DNA of 63,076 nt, the filler included, from Intoshia linei (lineage: Eukaryota > Animalia > Orthonectida), in assembly GCA_001642005.1 (NCBI GenBank). It is 6 parts of 6 records of this genome, joined end to end, with 100 filler letters (N's around TTAATTAATTAA, not from the genome) between each part and the next. Parts side by side here need not be neighbours in the genome. Positions count along the whole stretch, not along the records: positions 27,306 to 37,454 come from LWCA01001300.1; positions 37,555 to 46,884 come from LWCA01001377.1; 4 more parts are not named here. The stretch is one strand, 5' to 3'. A program made the translations under genes and the position numbers. Below, piece by piece: positions 27,206 to 39,190 of this stretch (position 1 is the first letter of the stretch; every line of letters starts with the position of its first letter). Below the pieces are notes generated by a model. It was given only the letters and a program-made list of their open reading frames with translations, was not told the DNA's origin and made no database searches.

Positions 27206-27305
27206 NNNNNNNNNNNNNNNNNNNNNNNNNNNNNNNNNNNNNNNNNNNNTTAATTAATTAANNNNNNNNNNNNNNNNNNNNNNNNNNNNNNNNNNNNNNN
27301 NNNNN
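27206..27305. other. Scaffold gap with synthetic TTAATTAATTAA linker; identical gaps at 37455-37554, 46885-46984, 53969-54068 and 58645-58744
   Basis: 100-nt N blocks with the same central 12-mer that gives stops in all six frames; an assembly artefact. Confidence 0.97.
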
Positions 27306-28692
27306 ATCAATTTGAAGAAAGAAAGTAGGCATTTAACGGCATTTAGTTCTCCATTCGGTATTTTTTAATACAAAAGAGTACCATTTGGATTAGCATCTGC
27401 TCCAGCTGCATTTCAAGCCATAATGGATGAAATTTTAAGAGATATTGATGGTGTGTCATGTATGTTGGATGATATTTTAATCTATGGTAAGTCAACTGAA
27501 GAACACTCAATTCAATCAATAACTCATTGAAATTAGTGTTAGGCTCAAATCACATAATGTTATTTTAAACCCAAAAAAATGTAGCTTACGCCAGAAAGAG
27601 TTGGTCGTACTAGGTATGGTTTTAAATAAGGACGGATATCATGCTGACGATGAAAAAATTAAAGCATTGAGAGAATTATCTGTTTCAACAAATATATTTA
27701 AGCTGCGAAGCTATCTAGGAATGGCTACTCATTACTTAAAATTTTTTAAAAATTTGTATTCCTTTATATGATCTTACTCATAAAAATAAGATATTTGAAT
27801 GGACTACGAAAAATCAAAAAGTTTTTGATAAATAAAAGATAAAATCTCACAAGTTATACTCTCTACATTTGATCCTGACGCTGAAACAATTGTACAAATT
27901 GATGCTTCCAATGAGGGTATTGGAGCAGTTTTAATACAAAAACAGAAGGGAAATGAAGTAACATTAGCATTTTATTACGAGTAAAAGAACGACTCCGAAT
28001 TGGGTACAAGCAGGGAGTAGACCCTGAATCAGTGTTAAATCAATTTATGATGTCATATCGTTCTAATGAGCAATTAACCACGGGAATGGCACCCTCAAAG
28101 TTTTTACATGGCCGCACTATAAAAACACTTTTAAATAAAGAATTGACTGAATTACCATTTGATCAGAAAGACGTGGATATGATAGCAAAATAAAATGTAA
28201 AAATATGGCAAAATTATATAAAAAACCGTGATAAAACTCGTAATAGAAGTTGAAGTAAAGATGATTGGGTACGAACAATGAAACCATCTATGAAAGGATA
28301 TATCCTTTCTGAACCTGTTAAAATAAGCGAAATTGTAAAACCCGGAACATACAAATTATGTGATAATTCTATAATGAATGGTTCTAGATTAACCAAAAGT
28401 CAAAATCTATCAAATAACAAAATTAATGATATATTGATTGATGTGAATACAGAGCCATCGGCTGAAACTATAAATGATATTGGTATAACAGATATTCCAT
28501 TTAAAAGTGTTCAACGAAAACTCGCGCATTTAAATGATTATATTCTTGATACTCCTTAAAATATAAAAATTGAAGGCCCCTTGCGGGGAAGGATGTAATG
28601 TCCTAGTTACATTTTGTATATAATTTAATATAGTTAATCATTAAAATAAAGTTTCATCAAAGTTTTGCATTTGATAAATTAAGGATATTACA
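27306..28692 (+). mobile_element. Decayed Ty3/Gypsy LTR retrotransposon, 3' part (RT, RNase H, integrase tail, PPT, 3' LTR)
   Basis: YKRVPFGLASAPAAFQAIMDEIL...MLDDILIYG; DASNEGIGAVLIQ; SYRS...TTGMAPSKFLHGR; purine tract GGGGAAGGA immediately followed by a TGTAATGTCCT...AGGATATTACA LTR (28594-28692). Confidence 0.9.
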
Positions 28693-28790
28693 CACGGTTT
28701 TAAAGCTTTAGAGATAACATTTTTATTAACGGAATTTTTGGTTCATACAAATTCGCCAAGAAAAAATAAATAATTCAAGATTCCGTTAAA

Positions 28791-29084
28791 ATGATATTTC
28801 CGCTAACAAAAATTCCATTAATAAAGACTTGGACTGTATTTAATTGTATTTTATTTATATTATTTACAATAGGCTTAATATACGATTTACGTCGAAACTA
28901 TGACGATGTGTTTTATGTTGTTGGGCTATTGTATTTAATTGATTTTGCCATTTTTGTCCTCATTTACATAATAAAGAAACGAAAAGTTCATAAACAAAAT
29001 GTAACCAAAACCCAAAATTATTCTGCAATTAATTCACAAAATCAAGATTTTTATTACAAAAATAAAGTAAAACCAAATTTTTAA
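28791..29084 (+). CDS. Hypothetical small two-TM membrane protein
   Basis: Intronless 97-aa ORF with two hydrophobic helices, a basic stop-transfer (KKRK) and a polar tail; AATAAA directly after the stop. Confidence 0.45.
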   Translation: MIFPLTKIPLIKTWTVFNCILFILFTIGLIYDLRRNYDDVFYVVGLLYLIDFAIFVLIYIIKKRKVHKQNVTKTQNYSAINSQNQDFYYKNKVKPNF

Positions 29085-29251
29085 AATAAATATTTATGCA
29101 ATGTTAGGTAGTGGGGGGTATTTTTGTATTTTTTTTTATATATTTTTAATTAATAATTATATCGATCACAGAAAAGATTATTAAAAAATCGACTCGTTAT
29201 TTAAACAAGACGACTTGCCTAATATATGTATCATGAGTCATGACTCATTAT

Positions 29252-29967
29252 TAGTGTTTCAATTTTACCGAATTTTTCATTACCAGTAATTTACCGAATA
29301 AAATTTTCACTACATGTGAATTACCGTTAATTAATTTTTAAGAATAGTTTAAATCATCTTTAAATATAATTATGTATAATGAACAATTTAATTACTTTTA
29401 CGATGAAAAATTCATTAATCAGAATAGATTCAAACAATTTCAAATACAATTTTCATCACAATGAAAATTTTTACCGATACATCAGAATCAAAAATAATCA
29501 TTGATATGACATCAAAAAGTTGTTTCGAATCGTCGAAATAAGAAACATTTTTTATTTTTTCACCTTGAAATTTAAAATCGAATGTATACAATTTCAGTGC
29601 AAGTTAGAATACTTTCTACGACGAACCATTAAAAACAAAAATATAATAAAAAGTTATTAAGTCTTTCAGGTGCAAAATAGGTTGTTCAAAACAATATTGC
29701 ATCAAAAGTATTATGAGACAATTGATTGTCTTTTTGTAAGAAAATATCCAAATTAAAAAACGCCTGTTGACTTAATTTACCAATCGCTTCAAAATCTTTA
29801 AAAACAATTATAAGTGTGAAAATTTTTGAAATGTTGATTTACAATATTGAATCAATCTCAATACCTCAAAAACTATGTAAAAATGGAAAGTAATATTTTT
29901 TAAATTACCGGTAAATATTTTCAGTTACCGGTTAAAAATAAATATTTTTTGACAACGTTAACACTTG
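29252..29967. mobile_element. Probable hAT-like non-autonomous element with TTACCG subterminal repeats
   Basis: Ends TAGTGTT.../...AACACTT; clustered ttaccg motifs at 29265-29326 and 29905-29932. Confidence 0.45.
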
Positions 29968-31886
29968 GCTCCGTAGTGTTTTTTTTGTAAAATACAAAAA
30001 TATTGTATTTTAATTCCACTAAAATCTACATATAATATATAATGTAAATGTATTATAATTATAATATTCTGCATCATAATATTATAATGATATAAGTATA
30101 ATTACTTTTTAATATATTGCAGATCAATATAATGTATATTCCTAATCATATTACATCATAATTACAAATATACAACAGATACATAATGTAATGTATAATG
30201 TATTGAGTTTAATACATTAATTATTTTTAAAATTTGATATTACTTAAAATTGATATTTTGTTAATGAAATCTTATGGGATCAATTTGCTAATTTCAGACA
30301 TTTATAAAATGGCAAAGATTGTGTTGAACTACAATAATGACATAATTATTTATTCCACTTATATTAATTGAAAAGAAAATTGCTAATTAGTGATCTCTTC
30401 AATAATTTTAAATACATTGATGCATTCTGGTATTTATATTTTTAATTCATTAAAAACTGATTTAACGCACCAAATGGCACCTTCATAATATGGTACAATG
30501 CTTCATGAAATATTACATTAAAATTTAATTTATGTGAAATATCTACGATACTGTACTTGATAACCCTCCACTGAATTATATATTTTGTGTTGTTACTATT
30601 CAATCTTTGAATACTGTAAGTCCTCGTATAATTTTTTTGTCAAAACTAGATTTATTTATAAATTTTTACATTTGCATTGCATTTGGAGATATACTTCATT
30701 TTGCAGCTACAACTTGATATTTAACAAAACTGTTTCACTGAATTGCAAATTTAATTGAACCAAAAAATTACACAAATAGGTACATTATGTAGCATTTTAT
30801 AGGTGTATATTATATTATTATAATACAATGTATATGATAATAAAATATTAATTAATAATTGTCCTTTTAAAGTTTTGGTATTTTTATTTGACTTAATGCA
30901 TTACTTTCAATTTGAAAGTTTCAAATGTTGATGTTTTGTTGTGGAAGGCAAAATGTGTATTTTTTGTTGCACAAATATAATATAGCATTTTCAAATATAA
31001 AAAGGATTCATTGATTTAAATAAATTTTTCACTTTTAATTTGAGTGTATCTACATTCTTATCAAATTATCGCAATTATTTATAAATTTCGCAGTTCTCCT
31101 GGATTCCCTCGATACGAACCGCTGTTTCGTATTATTCAGTACAAGATAAATTTATTTACCTGGCTATTTTATCTAACATTCCGCAATGCCTTAGCTTTTC
31201 CATGAAAATTAATTTACATATAGTGCCATGCATAATGCAGTGATCTATGAAATGCTTCACATTATAATCAAATTTCATATAGAAAAGTTCGAATTAACAG
31301 TTTAATTGACTATTTTTTAATCCGTCTAGAATTTAGACTTGTGATTTAATCGATTTATTTTTGAGAAAAAATTCAAATTATAAACAGAAAATTTGGTTAT
31401 TCATATCGGATTTCGCCAAACAGCTACTCAACTAAACTTAGCTTAATTGATCTTAACTCAAAAATCGACTTATACTAGATAATTTAGTTGGATGTGGTTT
31501 AAAAATAAATTTTAATTAATACATAAGAAGTATTGTAATTGCATAATGATGTATTAATGATGTTAATATACAAATACTTTATTATCTATTAATTTTTTGT
31601 AAAATGGGGACCTCGAAAATGGTCGAATCGAAATCTTCGGTTCTTTTGGAAACCATAATATTTACGTATTAATATAATACTATTTTCACGTCTGATATTT
31701 AAACCAACATACAATGACATAGCATGTTATTTTATATTTTAAAGATTATATTACAATTAGATTTAAGATTTACAATTTGATACAGTGAAACTCGTTTAAC
31801 TACAAATCAAAAATTCGTGATAACTTTCATTTTCAATTGTAGAGGCAATTTTTTCGAGATATCACATGATAAGTACTAATATAAAG

Positions 31887-32369
31887 CAATGTTTCTCAAA
31901 GTAATAAACGTCGTGGACCTCGAAAATAAAAAAATTATTGATCATGGACCCCTTAAAATATTTATATGAAAATATTGCTTTCATCATTTTATATAATTTA
32001 ATCATTAAATCTAATTAATTAATAAGTTTAACATTTAATGAGATGGATGAACTTCATGATTTAGTTACGACATAAATATTAAAACAATATTTTTTATATT
32101 CGTTAACTGAGACGTAAATCTCTTACATGTATCATTAATTGATAAACTTTTTTTTTAAATTGATATAAAAATAATATATCTTCTTGTTATCAGGATGCAT
32201 TTGATTCAAATAGATTTTCTATTTTGAAGGTTTCATAGATGAGTTAGTTAGTATTTTATTGCATACAAGGTACATAGGAAAATTTTTGTTGGTAGGAGAA
32301 GATACACAACCAAATTGCACATATAATGTACAATTAATTGTACTTGGAAAAATATTATCTCGTTTTCAT
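31887..32369 (-). mobile_element. Internally deleted Buster-type hAT remnant
   Basis: Minus strand reads YVQFGCVSSPTNK..PMYLVCNKILTNSSMKPSK*..HPD (Buster zinc finger) and a C-terminal HEVHPSH*; TIR-like end CAATGTTTCTCAAA at 31887. Confidence 0.75.
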
Positions 32370-34722
32370 AAACAATATTAAAATTTAAATAATTTAATGT
32401 AGTGATAATCTAGTGATAAATAGAAATTTATCACTAGATTTATAATGAACTAAGTTGACTGTTATGTACTACGTACAAACATGACCTAGTTAGAGACCAA
32501 TTTCAACCTCCCAATTTCACATCTCAAAACCACAATTGTCCTTTTTTTTTGAAAATCAACAAATTAGAGAATTTAAAAAAATATATACGTTGATACAGAT
32601 TTTAAAATCATAAACATTATCATAAATTTAAAAAAAGTATATCTTCAGGGGCAAAACCCCAAATTACAATTTTTTTTAATGAAAACAGCCCTAGTATTTA
32701 TAAAAAAAAATGTGCAGTGAACGTCTACACATTTCCAATAAAGAAATATGAGTGAAAATCTATATAATTCATTCCTTCGTAATTTTCAAAACATTTTGAA
32801 TAAAATTTAAATAGAAACTAAACAACGAAACTAAAACAACTTTTTTTATTTTTATATCATTTTTATTATTATTATTATTTATTATTGTAATATAAAAAAA
32901 TCTGTATCGTTGTGGTACAATGCATTGTATACATCAATAATGCCAAATCAATCAATATATTAATAAAATATGTATCGATTTTAAATTAGTCAGTTCAGTT
33001 GTATAACAAAATGTATAAAGAATATAATTTAATTTTAATATAAACAATTTTATAATTTAACCAGTCACTATAAATTTTATGCAAATTTCGAATTAACCAG
33101 GATAGTTTGTGCTTGCAATTTAAAGATTTTCACTGTATATTGATTCTACTGTATTGATTTAGCCAAGCGATAAATTAATTTTTCCAAAAATGTGTATTAC
33201 TGAAAACTTAAATCGATTCTTGCGTTTCAAAAATTTATTTAATTTTTTGATAATTACGATACATATTAAGTATAATAAATTATGACTTGTTTTTTTTGAA
33301 ATTTAATTAAAATGAACAGTTTACATTACCAAATGTATAATTATAAAATGAATTCTTCAGTAAAGCATTAATTTTATTACCTTTTTTACATCCTACTTAT
33401 TATTATTACTACTTATATTATTAATACCTCCTACGTATTATTATTATTATCTTTTTTGCATATTTTAGTAAAAATTGATTTGAGATTAAATTACAGTCAT
33501 CAAATTGTTTAATTTGAGCCAACATTTACAAATGACAGAACATGCATATTATGTTGATTAATTTATTATAAATATTCAATCTTCCGTTTAAATAATTATT
33601 ACTTTTATTTAAATCTAAAATGTAAATATCTGGTTTATAAAGTATTAGCTTGATCAATTTTCATTATATACAATAATATACAATTAATAATGATACATTT
33701 GACATAAATGTTTCATAATTTACAAGTACATTATAATTATAATTATGATTATATAGTACTTTACTGTCATTATTAATATTAATTATAATTAATATATATT
33801 TTTAAGGATATTGAAAAAGTTTTATTTTAAGATGAACAAACTATTTCTTATTTTGCATGGCACATCTTGAGAAATTTGAATAAGTAATGTTACATTTTTC
33901 TTTGAATATCTTAAATATATTTTAACGTGACTTTTAATTTAACGTAAATTATTCAATCATTATTTTATCAGTAAATTTATTCAAGATTTATAGATACGTA
34001 ATATTTGACTAAAAAACATCAGTAAAGTTTACTGAGTACACAATTGAAAGATAATCAAGAACGTACGTTTCAGCTTGATCTGAATAACTTTTACGTAATA
34101 CGTATGGTTCGTATAACAACATTAACGTGATATAAATGTATCTAGATAAGAACGTACACAATTTAAAAACGCATATCACTTTTATATCATTAATGTATCT
34201 AAGAATGCTTTTGGATCACATTGAAAAAATTTGTTTACAGATCCCAATGATATAATGTAATTTAAATGTTATATTAAATGTTATTAACCTGTGTAAATGA
34301 GGTTTTTTAGATTGTATAGAAAACTTTGACGAGCTAATCTTTAATTTCGAAAAATTGAGGCATATTAATACGTTCAATTGATCAGTCTGTGATTGAGATT
34401 AGATTACTAGTAGTATCTAACAATGAAAATTTAGTTAAAGCGAACATTCTGTCTGTAATACTGATTCGGAATATTCCAGAATAATCTTGAGTTCAATCTA
34501 CAGTGTAAACGAATTTAAAAAATTAGATTTGTATATTAATCCATTTAAATTGTGTGAATTTATGATTTGAGATATTAATAAACTAGTTTTAGTAAACAGG
34601 TTTCATAATATATTTCATACTGTAATATTTCATAAATTTATTATAGAGGTAGAATGCACCTGAAATAATTTACAACCGAGTTACACTTTCAGGTTGAATT
34701 AATCATTATCTGAATAGTTTGA

Positions 34723-36459
34723 ATGACTGTATCAACTTGTGAAGGCTCACAAAACATTGCTTCCAAGTTAGTGTGCACTAGAGATGTGAATTGTGCAAGT
34801 AAAGATTTTTCCACAAAAAAGTATACATTTTCAAATGAAAAATTTGAAGGTAATTTGTTTATAAATTTTAATTTACATTTATAAACAGATTTTTTCACGT
34901 CTACTGGAGAAATATTGGGAGAAGGTTCGTTTGGATTTGTTTCTACGTTTATCAACAAAAAGGATGGAAACGAATATGCTGTTAAGCAGGTCAAAAAAAT
35001 CGATATCAATAGTCGAAAAAAAATTATTAAAGAAATTGAACTGTACGATTACTGCAGATCGCATAAAAATATTCTCAATGTTTATGATGTAATTGAAGAT
35101 GATATAAATATATACGCAATCTACGAAAAATTAAAAGGCGGTACATTACTTGAAAATATCCGAAATAGAGATTATCTTTCTGAATATGATGCCAGTTTAG
35201 TTGTTCGCGATATTGCGGATGCTTTAAATTTTATTCATTCAATAGGAATAGGTAAAATTAGATATTTTTTAACATTTATATTATTTTTAGCCCATCGAGA
35301 TTTAAAGCCAGATAATATCATTTGTCGCTACACAGCTTCACTGATTCCAATTTGCATTTGTGATTTTGATTTGGCTAGTTGTATCAAAACTGACGATGAT
35401 TGCATGACTCCGAAACTATCGACACCAGTTGGCTCAGCCGAATTTATGGCTCCCGAAATTATTGCAATTTTAGCTGAAACTGCATGGTCATACGATAAAA
35501 AATGCGATTTATGGAGCCTTGGGATAATTATATACGTCATGTTGTGCGGTTACACTCCATTTTACGGGTCATGTGATAATATTGATTGTGATTGGAAAAT
35601 TGGTGGATTTTGTAATGACTGTCAAACCCGACTTTTTTTGAAAATCCAAAGCGGTAATTATGATTTCCCCAGTGATGATTGGTGTGACATTTCCAAACAG
35701 GCGATAGAATTAATAAAAAACTTGCTGGTTAGAAATCCAAATGAACGTTTAACTGCTTTGAATGTATTAAATCATATTTGGGTAAAGAGCAATGCATTAT
35801 ACAATAAATGTTTATCTACCCCCGATTTATTAGCATATAATAACGTAAAACAAGTTGAATATATTGCCGAAAAAGTTTTGATTGCCAACAGAATTGTAGT
35901 CGGTCAAACATACATTGAAAATGACCGAGAACGTCTTAGATACCTGAACCAAGATAGCGACGACGAAAATGAATACTCGAAAAATGGTGCATATGATGAC
36001 GTAGAAGATGATTATATAAAAAACTTTATAAAATATCAAAACGATGATGAATTTTTCAACGAAGATGAAATTTCTCACTTTAAACACGTTTGCTCTTCTC
36101 CATTAGATTTGAGTAACGGATATGATAGTGGTGTTTGCTACGAAAAAAACTCACCCACCTCGGACACAAACTACGCCAATTTATTAAATTATCAAGACCC
36201 GGTGAAACCAATTTACAAAAGAAATACGTTTCCGTTTGATAATTCAAGTGCAATGGTAAATACTGGTGATACAGTAGATACAAATGGCAAGTTGTTGAAG
36301 CAAAATTCTCATTGCTTGTCCTTTTTTGTCGATGAATCTCAAAAAGTTGAAAACTTACCAATGAAAATTGAAAATTTAACCAACCACGAAGATGGTTCAT
36401 TGACTGATCGATTTCGACAAATGTCTGTTAGGACTAACGATTCTGGAATCGAACATTAA
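34723..36459 (+). CDS. MKNK: MAP kinase-interacting kinase (MNK/Lk6), 3 exons
   Basis: Diagnostic DFD in place of DFG, TPKLSTPVGSAEFMAPE, YDKKCDLWSLG and the Cys insert CDNIDCDWKIGGFCNDCQ. Introns at about 34850-34888 and 35252-35290; the second is in-frame and read through by the ORF track. Confidence 0.95.
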
Positions 36460-37579
36460 TAATACTTATACACGTACTTTATTTGTTGTATGTTATTATT
36501 GTGTTCATTATTTATTAATAAATTGGATTCATTGTTTATATCACTAGTTTATCAAGTTTTTACTGTAGGTTCGCTTCTTTCTAGTATTGTCTGTAAATTG
36601 GAAATTTCATAAGCTATTTTTATGAGATCGTTGATTTGATCCTAAAATTTATTAATATTACTTCATTTTATTCATTTACATTGCATGAAGTTATCTTTTC
36701 GTCACAGTATTCTAGAAAAATAAATTATAATTATATACTGAGGGATTATTTTAGGTGATTAAAATTTGGATCGCGGTTCATGCCCTTTTATAACTGATTA
36801 TAATCAGTTAAAAAAAATTAAAATTAAAAATAATTAGTCTAATGATTCAGATAAGATTTCCGAAATTATTTTTAGTATTCTTATTCAGAGGTTTCCAACC
36901 AGTTTCACTTAGCAGAAAAATTTTCGGGTACAATATTTTACAACGAATTGTTAAATATAGCGAAAAAATTGTTTCTATTTCAACAAAAATGATTTATATC
37001 AAATTAAAATTATAAAATTAATGAGAAATCTGTGCAGTGTACATTTTTAGTGTAATCTAATAAATGTAAGTAATTCGCTTTATATCTGTTGAAAATCACT
37101 GCATTACGCATACAATTATGTGTAGAGTTGCAGTTTTTAATTAAATTTTAGATAAAATTGAAAACTTTGCAACTATTGATTTTCAATTTAAATTTGCATT
37201 TATTTATTTGAATTTTTTAATGTTTTAACACTTTCGCACTCAGCCCTTTTTTGTTTTTGTAGCGATTACATCACTATGGGATGACGAAGGAATTAAAGAT
37301 CACTTCGAACTAATTTATATATTTTTCAAGCTTTATTAAAATCTTTCCAAATATTGTTGATTCTGATAATCGTCACAATATATAAATTATTAATACGAGT
37401 TTTTTTGTTTGCCAAACTGCCGTTTGATTTAAAGTAACGAAGAATGCTGTTTACNNNNNNNNNNNNNNNNNNNNNNNNNNNNNNNNNNNNNNNNNNNNTT
37501 AATTAATTAANNNNNNNNNNNNNNNNNNNNNNNNNNNNNNNNNNNNNNNNNNNNTTTCTATATAAAATTTTGATAAAAT

Positions 37580-37830
37580 TGGATTTTTCAAAAAAATATT
37601 GGTAAAAAAGGATTATTTCATTAAGGGTTGGTAAAATTTTAGTATTTACAGAACATGTGTCAGATATTACTATCTTAATATTATCTTGGATGGAATATCT
37701 TTCAATTATTTTTTTTATAGCTAAATAAATAGTTTCTGCTTTACCGTTTGGTAGATATGAAACTCCAATTGGTAATCCTGTTTTCATGTTTTCGGATTCA
37801 AAGCATACTACTTGCATTTCAGTTATAGTA
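37580..37830 (-). mobile_element. hAT-superfamily (hATm/hATx-like) transposase fragment
   Basis: LPNGKAETIYLAIKKIIERYSIQDNIKIVISDTCSVNT, a DTxxxNTG-type catalytic segment related to the element at 58745-59960. Confidence 0.65.
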
Positions 37831-38421
37831 CATTACAGTGGTTTCTGTACAACATGAATATGAATTAAGAATGAAGTAAATATTAACACAAATGTATAAG
37901 TATTTATTTTTGCAATGGAAAATAGTTTCTAATTTTGTTGCCATTTTAATTTTTTTATAAGATCTGGTTTCATCATAAATATGTTATCATTTCTATATTT
38001 TTCTAGTTTCAGAAAATAATTCTTTCCATTCTTTTATTTTAGACTCGCTTACTAATTTTAATTCTACTAATACTTTGACCGTATAGTGTTTAGATATAAG
38101 TTTAAATTTTGAATTTTTCCTTCATATTTTGAATTTATGTAAAATTTTATAATGGGTAAGACGTTTGGATGCATTGGATAATTTGACATAAAATCCCGTC
38201 TCAATAAATTCATTTCGTTTGCATTTATTTTTTCAAAGTATTTTTTAGTATAGAATGATGTTTCAATTTCAGGTAAACTATAAAAAGATTTTTGACAATT
38301 TAAAAAAAATACGTGTATTTTTATGTTTAGAAATTTGTTATTAAATTGTTAGTAGTAACAATATTTACAATAATAATGAACTATTTAAGAAATACCATAT
38401 TAACAAACAAAATAGCAACAT

Positions 38422-38440
38422 CCAATAAAAACAAGGCACG
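38422..38440 (+). promoter_or_regulatory. ERSE-like element upstream of XBP1
   Basis: CCAAT-aaaaacaag-GCACG: exact N9 spacing and one mismatch to CCAAT-N9-CCACG, 47 nt before the ATG; overlaps a CACGTG. Confidence 0.6.
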
Positions 38441-38487
38441 TGTATTTAACTAACTATCAAACCATTTCATTAAGTTTGTACATAACT

Positions 38488-39181
38488 ATGATGATCGAAA
38501 TATGTAACCCGAATATACCAAATCGTAAACGAAATAAACAAATCTCGAATATAGATAAGGATTATATAAGGTAAAAGTTACAATACTTGATTTATATCCA
38601 TTTATAATTCTTCAGAAAGAAACGAAATCGAATATCAGCTCAAAAAGCACGAGACAGAAAGAAAAGCTACATGGATGTTTTAGAAAAAGAAATTGAAACT
38701 TTAAGAAAAGAAAATTGCATGTTATTAACTAGCAATAAACTACTAGAAAAAGAAGTTACCTCTCTAAAGGAAAAAAATGTACAGGACAAACTCAACGAAG
38801 TAGAATTTGTGAATCAAATCGATTGTAGTAGTTCAGCAGTAACTGTAATTTCTCAGCAGAAGAAAACTACGATCATTTGGTCACAGGTGCTATTGATTTG
38901 TCAAATTGTCTTGATATGTTGTGCAGTCCGCCTACAGTAACTTTAATGATAAAATATAATACATTATTTTTTATTAGGAAGAAAATATAAATATTGATGC
39001 AATCAGTGAAAATTCTGATCACATATACTCTAAACCTGACAATATATACACTAATTTAAATCTACCTAAACTCATCACTCAATCAGACATAGACATGTGG
39101 AATAAAGAACTTTTCGACGACACTGCAATAATCGATACTTTATATAAAGATATTTTTTGTGCAAATGATGTAATTACATAA
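38488..39181 (+). CDS. XBP1: X-box binding protein 1 (bZIP UPR transcription factor)
   Basis: Exons 38488-38570, 38616-38936 and 38978-39181. bZIP RKKRNRISAQKARDRKKSYMDVLEKEIETLRKEN. The unspliced frame has a hydrophobic HR2-like stretch IIWSQVLLICQIVLICCAV; the IRE1-spliced frame stays open to 39181 and contains DHIYSKP. Confidence 0.93.
38821..38874 (+). other. IRE1 cleavage double stem-loop with a 20-nt unconventional intron (38837-38856)
   Basis: Basal stem GATTGTAGT/ACTACGATC; hairpin 1 AGTT-CAG^CAGT-AACT; hairpin 2 TTTCT-CAG^CAGA-AGAAA; both 7-nt loops fit CNG^CAGN. Confidence 0.9.
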
Positions 39182-39190
39182 AGGTTACAT

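Noticed and set aside
27250-27261. TTAATTAATTAA repeated five times inside N runs
   Set aside because: Synthetic scaffolding linker, not biological.
30300-31330. Possible decayed transposase sequence
   Set aside because: No motif I could assign with confidence.
34689-36400. Minus-strand ORFs overlapping MNK; likewise 4365-4571, 18590-18880, 22237-22482, 39865-40335, 41184-41384 and 57664-57966
   Set aside because: Antisense shadows of real genes.
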